Origin: a virus
Reading direction: 5' to 3' (one strand)
Virus record (IMG/VR): IMGVR_UViG_3300037423_001065
Location: 1-64,000 of that record
DNA: 64,000 nt
Shown here: positions 19,240 to 28,200 of the stretch, piece after piece
Numbering within the stretch: the first letter of the stretch is position 1
Layout: each line of letters starts with the position of its first letter
Translations under genes and position numbers: made by a program
The notes under the pieces: generated by a model
The model's database searches: none
What the model saw: the letters and a program-made list of their open reading frames with translations, nothing else
Told to the model about the DNA's origin: nothing

Positions 19240-20169
19240 ATGTTTCCGTCCGACGAAAGCCTCATCGCGGCTGTCCCGTCCTTCATCAGCATCGGTTCGA
19301 TGTTGAAGGCGACGCCGTCGATGGATGGCGGTCGCCGCTTCCTGTACTGCGAGGCCAGCAACGAGGGCCTGGACCAGCAAAACGAGGTCGTCGCCGCGAA
19401 GGCGCTGGCCGAGTCCGCCGAGTACTTCAAGCGCTACGGCAACATCGACCTGGAGCACTACACGCTGATCGGCAAGCCGAACCCGGCCAAGGGCTGGCCC
19501 GGCATTCCCGACGCGAACCTGTACGAGATTGGCCGGCCGTGCGACGTGCGCCAGACCGGCAAGTCCACGTTCGTGAAGTCGGAGATTTACTCCGGCGACG
19601 GCATCGCGGCCGCGCGCGCCAACGAGTTCTGGTCGTCCCTGACCGAGCTCAATCCGCCGCAGCGCTGGTATCCGTCCGTCGGCGGCGCGATCGACAAGTC
19701 GGCGACCAAGGTCGTGATCGACCCCGAGACCAAGCTGCGCAAGGCGATCGTGCAAAAGGTCCGCTGGACCAACATCGGTTTCAGCAAGACGCCGGTCAAC
19801 CAGCACGTGCCCGAGTGCGCGACGCTGCCCATGGGTGCGTTCGCGAAGTGCTTCGGCGCCGAGGGCTTCGACCTGGCGAAGGCGCTCGAGGCGAGCTACG
19901 CAACGGACGCCGTCGGCAAGACCGGCGGCGGTGCCCTCGGCATGCAGTCGCTCGATCGCGGCCAGGCGCCCAGGAACTATCACGAGTTCCGCGAGAAATT
20001 GGCCGAGCACGTCCGCACGGGCGTGATCGGCGAGAACCCCGGTGCGGGCGAGCTTGTCTCGTACGCCGCCAATCATTTCAGCTTGCCGTCCGACCAAGCG
20101 GCTGAATGGGTCGAGCGCTTCGTGCGCGATTTGAAAACTGGTCTCAACAAACGGAGCATGAAATCATGA
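19240..20169 (+). CDS. Prohead maturation protease
   Basis: ASNEGLDQQNE, IDLEH, SVGG and TPVN motifs of the HK97/herpes-type protease fold; lies before scaffold and capsid. Confidence 0.8.
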   Translation: MFPSDESLIAAVPSFISIGSMLKATPSMDGGRRFLYCEASNEGLDQQNEVVAAKALAESAEYFKRYGNIDLEHYTLIGKPNPAKGWPGIPDANLYEIGRPCDVRQTGKSTFVKSEIYSGDGIAAARANEFWSSLTELNPPQRWYPSVGGAIDKSATKVVIDPETKLRKAIVQKVRWTNIGFSKTPVNQHVPECATLPMGAFAKCFGAEGFDLAKALEASYATDAVGKTGGGALGMQSLDRGQAPRNYHEFREKLAEHVRTGVIGENPGAGELVSYAANHFSLPSDQAAEWVERFVRDLKTGLNKRSMKS

Positions 20170-20867
20170 GTCAATTCCAGAAGCTGCTGGCGGACCTCGC
20201 GCAGGCCCAGGCAGGCACGGATACCCTCGCGAAGTCGCTCCCGGCGGGCGGCGAAGGCGCCGGTGCCGGCGCGGGTGGCGAAGGTGGTGAAGGCGGCGCA
20301 GCGGCCGGCGGCGAGGGTGCCGGCGGTGAAGGCGGCGCGGCGGGCGCGGGCGAAGGCGCGGGCGCGGGCGGCGAAGGCGGCCAGGCGACCCTCACCAAGT
20401 CGCTCAAGGTCACGCTGGCCGACGGCACCGAAGTCGAAGCCGAGGACGGCACCGAGCTCGTGAAGGCGCTCATGGCGCGCCTGGACGACGCCGAAACGAC
20501 CCTCACCAAGTCGCTGACGATCACCATGGACGTGATCGGCAAGCAGAACGCGATGATCAAGTCGCTGAGCGAGCAAGTCACCGCGCTGCGCGGCGAAGGC
20601 CGCGGCCGCAAGACCGTCATCGCGATCCACGACAAGGGCGGCGCCGCCGCCGGCGGCCAGGGCGCGGGCGCCCAGGGCGGCGAAGGCGAGCTCGCCAAGG
20701 GCGGGGCCGAAGTGTCCGCCGACGACTTCATGCTCAAGGCGCACGCCGCCTATGACCAGAAGCTGATCGACGGCGTCGGCCTCGGAACCATCGACGTGTG
20801 CCTGCGCTCCGGCCAGCCCGTCCCCACCGACCTGATTTCCAAGGTTGCGAAGGCCAAGACGGCCTAA
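20166..20867 (+). CDS. Putative capsid scaffolding protein, Gly/Ala/Glu-rich
   Basis: Lies between protease and capsid; coiled-coil segment; several LxKS motifs. Confidence 0.7.
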   Translation: MSQFQKLLADLAQAQAGTDTLAKSLPAGGEGAGAGAGGEGGEGGAAAGGEGAGGEGGAAGAGEGAGAGGEGGQATLTKSLKVTLADGTEVEAEDGTELVKALMARLDDAETTLTKSLTITMDVIGKQNAMIKSLSEQVTALRGEGRGRKTVIAIHDKGGAAAGGQGAGAQGGEGELAKGGAEVSADDFMLKAHAAYDQKLIDGVGLGTIDVCLRSGQPVPTDLISKVAKAKTA

Positions 20868-20911
20868 GCCCCTGCGAAAACCCAGCCCACCAACTCTCAT
20901 CGAGGTTTGAA

Positions 20912-22417
20912 ATGAAACAACTTCTCGCGCAATTCGCGAACGTGGCGGCCGGTACCGGCGCCGCGGCAGCGCTGGGCGGCTCGCATGGCGGCGCCCTCTC
21001 GCAATTCGAGGAGCTCCAGAAAGCCCTCCAGGCGAGCAACTACCAGACGGACGTTTCGACGCTGACCGGCGGCGGCGCGCTCGGCGTGCAATCGCTGGAC
21101 ACGGCGATGAAAACGACCATCCAGGAGAACGAACACTTCATCCTGTTCAACCAGCTCCAGAGCACGAACGCCACGAACATCGTGGACGAGTACACGCGCC
21201 AGACGAGCGTGGGCGGCTTCCTGGGCGGCACCACGAACACCCAGATGGGTGTCGTGCGCGCGGCGCAGGGCGACTACAGCCGTGAAATCGGCCTGGTCAA
21301 GTTCCTGATGACCCTTCGCCAGGTCGGCTACGTGCTGAACATCGGCAAGAACATCGTGGAAGCGACCGCGGTCGAGGAGCGCAACGGTGCCCTGCAGCTC
21401 CTGACGGACGCCGAGTACCTGCTGTTCTACGGCAACGCCGACGCGAGCCCGACGCAGTACGACGGCATCTTCGCGCAGCTCGACAAGGAAATCGCCGCCG
21501 GCGGCATGCCCAGCGACTGCGTCCTGAACATGAACGGCGCGAAGCTCGACTCCGTCGACCCGTTCTCGAAGATCAACGTCGCGGTCTCGCGCTACGGCTC
21601 CTGGGGCCGCAGCACGGACGTGTACCTGCCCAACTCCGTGCAGAACGACCTGAACATGGGTCTCGACCCGGCGTTCCGCTGGGGCCCCGGCCAGAACACG
21701 CCGCAGATCGGCTCGCACGTCGAGGGCATCCGCCTGACGAACGGCGTGCTCAAGACGCACATGGACACGTTCATCCACGACGAGGCGCACCCGATGCAGT
21801 CCCCGTTCGAGGTGAACTTCGCCGCGATCGCGACGGCCAACGTCGGTTTCCGCCCGGTGTCGATCGCCGGTGTGGCCGCCGCGGGCACGCCCGCCAACTG
21901 GTTCACCGCGGGCCGCGCGGGCAACTACTACTACGCCGTCGAGGCCATCGGCGCGAGCGGCGAGGGCATGTCCGGCGTCGTGAAGTCGGGCCAGGTGGCC
22001 GTGGCCGCGGGCAACAAGGTGACGCTCACGATCACGCGCTCCGCCGCGGCGACCGAGTCGGGCTATCGCATCTTCCGCTCGAAGCAGGACGGCGTGAACA
22101 CCACGTCCGAGTTCCGCCTCATGGCGGTGGTGAAGTGCGCCGGCGCGACGACCACGTACGTGGACGAGAACCAGAACATCCCCGGCACGACCGCCGTCCC
22201 CATGCTGAACATGAGCCGTTCGGCGGACGCGATCGGCTGGCGGCAGTTCCAGCCGATGACCAAGATTCCCCTGCCGTTCGGCATCGGTGGCGTCCCGGTC
22301 ATCTCGTGGTTCCAGTTCCTGTTCGGGTACCTGCGGATCACCAAGCCGAAGCACCACGGCTACATCAAGAACATCCTGCCGGCCAACGCCCTGTGGCGTC
22401 CGCACACCGGCGAGTAA
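20912..22417 (+). CDS. Major capsid protein
   Basis: LQKAL...GGALGVQSLD N-arm resembling SPO1/A511/K-type capsid proteins; LFYGNAD and QYDGI motifs; GAGG SD; terminator downstream. Confidence 0.88.
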   Translation: MKQLLAQFANVAAGTGAAAALGGSHGGALSQFEELQKALQASNYQTDVSTLTGGGALGVQSLDTAMKTTIQENEHFILFNQLQSTNATNIVDEYTRQTSVGGFLGGTTNTQMGVVRAAQGDYSREIGLVKFLMTLRQVGYVLNIGKNIVEATAVEERNGALQLLTDAEYLLFYGNADASPTQYDGIFAQLDKEIAAGGMPSDCVLNMNGAKLDSVDPFSKINVAVSRYGSWGRSTDVYLPNSVQNDLNMGLDPAFRWGPGQNTPQIGSHVEGIRLTNGVLKTHMDTFIHDEAHPMQSPFEVNFAAIATANVGFRPVSIAGVAAAGTPANWFTAGRAGNYYYAVEAIGASGEGMSGVVKSGQVAVAAGNKVTLTITRSAAATESGYRIFRSKQDGVNTTSEFRLMAVVKCAGATTTYVDENQNIPGTTAVPMLNMSRSADAIGWRQFQPMTKIPLPFGIGGVPVISWFQFLFGYLRITKPKHHGYIKNILPANALWRPHTGE

Positions 22418-22446
22418 TCGCCGGCGCGCCCGACAGGTGAAAGAGC

Positions 22447-22480
22447 GCCCGGGCTTCTGAAAGGAGGCCCGGGCTTTTTT
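22447..22480 (+). terminator. Rho-independent terminator after the capsid gene
   Basis: GCCCGGGCTTC...GAGGCCCGGGC followed by TTTTTT. Confidence 0.85.
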
Positions 22481-22501
22481 AAGACGCAACCAGGAACGGA
22501 C

Positions 22502-22954
22502 ATGAGCAACAAGGTCAAGGTCATCTGCACGCGACCCAACGCGAGCGAGGAAATCAACGGCGTGAAGTTCGAGAAGCACCCGGACGGCATCGGCATGGTG
22601 TCCGAGCCGATCGACGCCGACACGGCGCAGCACTTCCTGAGCATCGAGGGCTACGAGCTCGTCGGCGCCAAGAAGGAAGCGCAGACCGATTCGGGCAAGG
22701 GCTCCGGCAGCGACGGCGCCGGCTCGAGCACGACCCAGGCGCCCGCGAACACCGCGAAGGCGACGGGCAAGGGTGGCAACAAGGGCCACAAGGACAAGCC
22801 GGCCGGCGACAACGCGGGCCAGCAGCAAGCTCCCGCCGGCGGCGGCGAGATGACTCCCAGCACCGGCAACGCGAACGCGGAAACCGGCGGCGGCAGCGAC
22901 AACAAGGGCGCCGAAGGCGCCGGTACCCCGGGCGGCACGCCCGAGGTGTTCTAA
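22502..22954 (+). CDS. Hypothetical virion protein with low-complexity C-terminus
   Basis: AGGA SD; folded N-terminal ~55 aa followed by a G/A/S/T-rich tail. Confidence 0.75.
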   Translation: MSNKVKVICTRPNASEEINGVKFEKHPDGIGMVSEPIDADTAQHFLSIEGYELVGAKKEAQTDSGKGSGSDGAGSSTTQAPANTAKATGKGGNKGHKDKPAGDNAGQQQAPAGGGEMTPSTGNANAETGGGSDNKGAEGAGTPGGTPEVF

Positions 22955-23007
22955 GCCCGCCTGGCTACCCACCAGGCGATCGACACGTACCCCGAAGCGA
23001 AACCAAC

Positions 23008-24456
23008 ATGCAAACCGTAGAGACCGGAATCGAAGGAGCGTCGCCCCAGGTGCTCATTGCCCCTGCGCCGCGCCCGGCGGAGGCGGACATTTATCGCCAG
23101 ATGTGGGCCCGGCCGGAATACCGCGCCGTCGCCCCGGGCGAGGACATGGTGCCCGTGTTCATGGACGTGGCGCGGCCGAAGCCCGGCGCGACCATCCTGG
23201 ACATGGGCTGCGGCACCGGCCGTGGGTCCTTCGCCCTGGCGTTCAACGGCCTCAACGTCACCATGCTGGACTTCGCCAGCAACTGCCTGGACGAGGACAT
23301 TCGCCCCATGCTCGAGACGCAGGCGCACGCCTTGCGCTTCGTGGAGGCGGACCTCACCAAGCCCCTGCCGGCGAACGCGGAGTACGGCTACTGCACCGAC
23401 GTGCTCGAGCACATTCCGCCCGAGCACGTCGATGCGGTCCTGGACAACACGCTGATGGCGGCGCAGCACGTGTTCTACCAAATCAGCACGGTAGACGACG
23501 TGTGCGGCGCGCTGATCGGTCATCCCCTGCACCTGTCGGTGCACCCGTACGAGTGGTGGCTCAAGAAGTTCACCGAGCGCGGCTGCATCGTGCACTGGAG
23601 CGGCCAGAGCGAGAACGCCTGCTGCTTCTACGTGAGCGCCTGGTCGACGGGCACCGACGTGGTCGAAGTCGGCACGCTCAACATGGCCGAGGACGACGTG
23701 CGCGCGAACGTGCGGCACAACATCGCCCAGGGTTACGCCCAGGCCGTCCCGCACGAGACCAACGACGTGGAAGTCATGATCGTCGGCGGCGGGCCCAGCC
23801 TGGCCGGCCAGGTCGAGAAGATTCGCGAGCTGCGCGAGGCCGGCGTCAAGCTGATCACGCTCAACGGCGCGCACGACTGGTGTCTCGATCACGGCATCAC
23901 GCCGTCCGCCTTGATCATGGTGGACGCTCGCCCGTTCAACGCGCGCTTCACGCGCCGCCCGGTGCCTGGCTGCAAGTACATGCTGGCGAGCCAGTGCGAC
24001 CCGTCGGTGTTCGATGGCATCCCGCGCGACCAGGTCATTCTCTGGCATACCACGGCCGACATGATCCAGGGCGAGCTGAACGAGCAGTACAAGGACGACG
24101 TGTGGTACGGCGTGCCCGGCGGCTCCACGGTGCTGCTGCGCGCGATTCCGCTGCTGCGCATGCTCGGCTTCAAGAAGTACCACCTGTTCGGCTGTGACTC
24201 GTGCCTGTCCGACGAGGAGGTGCATCACGCCTACTCGCAACCCGAAAACGACGGACCTCTCGTCACGCCGCTGATCGTCGGCGGCCGCATCTTCAAGTGC
24301 CATCCCTGGATGATTGCCCAGGCGCAGGAGTTCATGGACCTGATCAAGGTCCTGGGCAACGAGTTCGAGCTCGAGATGTACGGCGACGGCCTTCTCACCC
24401 ACATCCTCAACACCGGAGCCGACCTGGCGCCGGATTCCATCGACGCAACTGCTTAA
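23008..24456 (+). CDS. SAM-dependent methyltransferase fused to a Maf/DUF115 (MptE-like) glycosyltransferase-like domain
   Basis: LDMGCGTG and DVLEH (class I MTase); IVGGGPSL, GGSTV and LGFKKYHLFGCDS (Maf-type). Confidence 0.75.
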   Translation: MQTVETGIEGASPQVLIAPAPRPAEADIYRQMWARPEYRAVAPGEDMVPVFMDVARPKPGATILDMGCGTGRGSFALAFNGLNVTMLDFASNCLDEDIRPMLETQAHALRFVEADLTKPLPANAEYGYCTDVLEHIPPEHVDAVLDNTLMAAQHVFYQISTVDDVCGALIGHPLHLSVHPYEWWLKKFTERGCIVHWSGQSENACCFYVSAWSTGTDVVEVGTLNMAEDDVRANVRHNIAQGYAQAVPHETNDVEVMIVGGGPSLAGQVEKIRELREAGVKLITLNGAHDWCLDHGITPSALIMVDARPFNARFTRRPVPGCKYMLASQCDPSVFDGIPRDQVILWHTTADMIQGELNEQYKDDVWYGVPGGSTVLLRAIPLLRMLGFKKYHLFGCDSCLSDEEVHHAYSQPENDGPLVTPLIVGGRIFKCHPWMIAQAQEFMDLIKVLGNEFELEMYGDGLLTHILNTGADLAPDSIDATA

Positions 24457-24468
24457 CCGGAGCAAAAC

Positions 24469-24936
24469 ATGGCAGCAGGTACCTGGAAAATCTACGCGAA
24501 AGCGAAAAAGTACTTCGGCGCGGGCACGATCACGCTCGGCGCCGGCGTGTTCAAAATGTCGCTGCATCGCGCATCGGCATCGGCGGCCATCCTGGCGCTG
24601 TCGACGCGCTCGACGTTCGCCTCCATCCCGGGTGAAATCTCGGCGACGGGCGGCTACGTGGCCGGCGGCCGCAACCTGGTGCCGGCAACGGGCCAGTGGA
24701 CGGTCGGCGCCTCGGCGAAGCAGTTCAAGTTCACGTACTCGACCGCGGGTCTCGTGTTCACGGCCAACGGCGGCAACCTGACCAACATCAAGTACGCCGT
24801 GATCCGCAACTCGACGGGCGCGGGCGCCGGCAAGGTGCTGTGCTTCTGCACGCTGTCGACGGCCGCGTTCACCGTGACGACCGGCAACACGCTGACGATC
24901 AAGCCGGCTGCGACCGGCGTGTTCACCCTGGCGTGA
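24469..24936 (+). CDS. Small beta-rich virion structural protein (fibre-associated)
   Basis: GGAG SD; EISATGGYVAGG motif; precedes the giant repeat protein. Confidence 0.7.
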   Translation: MAAGTWKIYAKAKKYFGAGTITLGAGVFKMSLHRASASAAILALSTRSTFASIPGEISATGGYVAGGRNLVPATGQWTVGASAKQFKFTYSTAGLVFTANGGNLTNIKYAVIRNSTGAGAGKVLCFCTLSTAAFTVTTGNTLTIKPAATGVFTLA

Positions 24937-24937
24937 T

Positions 24938-24953
24938 TGCGTGACGGCACAAT
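24938..24953 (+). promoter_or_regulatory. Putative late promoter motif (leaderless start)
   Basis: TGCGTGACGGCACAAT, 7 nt before ATG 24961. Confidence 0.55.
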
Positions 24954-24960
24954 CGCCGTC

Positions 24961-25209
24961 ATGGTCATCACGCCAGGCACGGGGACGCTGAGCGTCGCCT
25001 CTACGGAGGCGACGCTTTCGCTCGCCCTGCCGGCGCCGGCCGCGCGCGTCGATCGCGTTGCCATCGTGAACGCTCCGGTGCGACTGGGGCGACGCGGCCA
25101 GGACGCCGTCAGCTCGACCGGCCCGCCTGCGCTGGTGACTCTCCTCCTCCTCGAAGCCGAGGCGGTTCGCGAACGCGGCCGCCCGGCTTTTTCTTTGGGT
25201 GCTCGGTAA
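24961..25209 (+). CDS. Small hypothetical protein (82 aa) carrying one ITPxxG fibre-type repeat
   Basis: Begins MVITPGTGTLSVASTEATL; abuts the next gene. Confidence 0.55.
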   Translation: MVITPGTGTLSVASTEATLSLALPAPAARVDRVAIVNAPVRLGRRGQDAVSSTGPPALVTLLLLEAEAVRERGRPAFSLGAR

Positions 25210-28200
25210 GTGGCAACGAAAACCCTCTACCCGTTGTGGGACTCGAACGCCGCAGGCTCGACCAAGCTGGTCGACATGCAGGATGGCGGCACCGCCCCGG
25301 CGACCGCCACGATGGTGACGGGCTGGACCGTCGGCACCACGGTGGCGACGCGCTACGCCGAGATGACCAACGGCGCGAAGGTGGCCGCGGCATCCTTCGG
25401 CACCACGGCCCTGCCGGACGCCGCGGTCAGCAACGCCAACGGCGACTCGTGCCGCTCGCCGTCCGCCTACTCCGGCGTCTTTGCCAACTCGAATTGGGTT
25501 TTCAACTTCGCCTGCGCGCGCAGCGCTGGCACGAACTCTGGGTCGTGGGCTCTGCGCATGCGCGTGTTCGCGTCGACCGACGCCACGGGCGCGACTGGCC
25601 TGCGCGAGCTCACCGGCTCGACCCAGGTGTCCGGCACGGTCACCACGGCCGCGTCGATGACGGGCTCGCTCACCTGGACGCCTGGCGCCACGGTGCGCCT
25701 GAATAACGAGTACCTGTTCTTCTCGCTCGCCATGGTGACTGTCACCGCGGCCAGCAACTCGAGCACCGCGATCGCCATGGGCAAGGGCTCGGGGACGACC
25801 ATCGTCACCCCTGACTTTGTCGCCGACACGGTCATCACGCCGTCGGTTGGGGCGGCGTCCGTCTCTGGCGCGGCGCCGACGATGACGCGCACGGGAGGCG
25901 ATACCCCGATCACGCCGTCGGTAGGCTCCGCGGCCCTCGCCGGCGTCGCGCCGACGCTGTCCAATGGCGTCGCCATCACGCCGTCCGCCGGCGCCGTATC
26001 GGCCGCCGGCGTGGCTGGAACCAACGGTCGCACCACGACGCCGTCCGCTGGCTCGCTGTCGATCGCCGGCGTGGCGCCAGGTGTCACGCGCCAGACGACG
26101 ATCGCGCCCGCGGCGGGCTCCGTAACTGCCGCCGGCTCCTCGAGCTTGACCGACCTCACGCTGACGCCCAGCACGGGGTCGGCTGCGGTCACGGGACAGG
26201 CTCCGACCGTGTCGCAGTCGGCCACGGTGCACACCTTCTACCTGCTGCCCGACACCGCCGCATCGTTCTCCGGCGCGGCGGCGATCCAGTCGGACGGCGC
26301 CGCGCCTGCAGCGGCCAACGCCACGGCGGGCTTCAACCCTGGCACGGCATCGCTCAACAAGTACCAGCCGTTCCAGCGCGGCGTGGTGGCCGGCCCAAGC
26401 CTGCTCAGCACCACGGCGCTACCCGACACGACCATTGACGACACGAACGGGAACACGTTCCGCACGTCGTCTCAGTACACCGGCCAGTTCGACGGCTCGA
26501 GCTCGTGGTTCTTCAACTTCGCGTTCGTCGCCAACCGCAGCGGCGACCCGGGGCGCATGGCTATCCGGGTGCGGGTGTTCGCGGCCAGCGACCCATCCGG
26601 CGCGGGCGCGCGTGAAATCACGACGGCGACGCTGGAAACGAACGCGATCGCCAACGCCAACGCGACGGAGCAGTTCGGCACCGTCACCTGGGCGCCTGGC
26701 TCGTTCCGGCTGGACCAGGAATACCTGTTCTTCTCGATCGCCAACCGCACCACGGTCACGCCGAACTCGACGGCCCTGACCTGGACCCTCCGCTCCGGGT
26801 CGACGTACATCACTACCGACGCGTTCGCGGTGACGACGGTCATCCAGCCGGCGGCGCGAAACCTGTCGTTGACCGGCGGCGCCGGCACGGCTGACATTGT
26901 TCGAACGGCGACGCCTGGCACTGGCGCTGCCGCGGTCAGCGGCCAGGCCGCTACGCGACTTATCGACGCGCCCTTTACGCCTGGCGCGGCCGCGTTGACT
27001 GTTTCGGGCCAGGCTGGCGGCACTACCGCCATCACGATCACGCCTGGCGCCGCCGCCTTGTCGGTCGCCGGACAAGCGGCCGACGTGACCGACACCGGCC
27101 AGCCGTTGCAGTTGTACTTTTTGCCGGACACGACCCTGGGCAGCGGCTTCGCCGAGGTGCAGTCCGACCCGCCGGCCTCCGGCACCAGCAGCACCGGATG
27201 GAACGCGACCGGCATCAACGCGGCGCCGCAGTACTCGCCCATGGCGCGCGGCGTGCAGCAGCTCGCAAGCACTTTCTCCGCCGCGGTCCTGCCCGACACG
27301 ACGCTCGACGCCGCGCACGGCGACGCGTTCGTGCTCGGCTTCTATCGCGGGCAGTTCGCGGCCGGCAACTGGACGATCTCCTTTGCCGCTGACGTAACGC
27401 TCAACCAGTCGTATGCCCTGACGGCCCGGCTGCTGACTAGCCCGAACAGCGACGGCAGCGGGGCTACGGACGTGGGCGGCGGGGTGCTGTCCAGCAACAC
27501 CCTGACGGGGCCTAACTCCGGCACGTCGAGCGGGACGTTCTCGATCACGTTCAACCCTGGCGCAATTTCGTGCGACCCGGCCGCTGGCGTCTACCTGTTC
27601 CTCTCGATCGCGATTGAGGTGACGGTCAAGAAGGGCGGCTCGCATGCCGTGTTCCTGGATACGGGGGCGAGCTCGTATGTGCTCACCTCCGCATTCCAGG
27701 GGCAGGTCCTCTCGACGCCGGCGGCGGCTTCGGTGTCGATCGCCGGCTATGCGCCGACGGCGGCGATCGTGCGCGAGACAACGCCCTTCTCTGGCGCGGC
27801 CAGCGTTGCCGGCGTGGCGCCGACGGCCGTCGTCACGATCTTTCCGATTCCGCAAGCAGGCTCCGCGGCGATCACCGGCGCCGCTCCGACCGTCCTGCTC
27901 GGCGCGCTACTCATCCCGACGGCGGGCTCTGTCGTTGCCTCGGGCCAGGCCGGAACGGTCGGCGGCACGAAAGCGCCCAGCTCGGCGAGCGCGACCATCT
28001 CCGGGGCCGCGCCGACCCTCGCGATGGCGACGGTACCGGGCGCTGGCGCGATCGCGCTGGCTGGCGCCGCGGGCACGATCGGTGTCACGGTCACGCCAGG
28101 CGCGGGGTCGGTCGCGACGGCCGGCGTGGCGCCGACGCGCATCGCCGGCGCGGTCATCACGCCAGCGGTTGGCTCGGTCTCGGTTTCCGGCGTCGCCGGC

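Noticed and set aside
3452-20911. ORF-track starts at 3452, 4450, 19204, 20106 and 20798
   Set aside because: Downstream starts (3563, 4735, 19240, 20166, 20912) fit stop/start overlaps, SD sequences or promoter spacing better.
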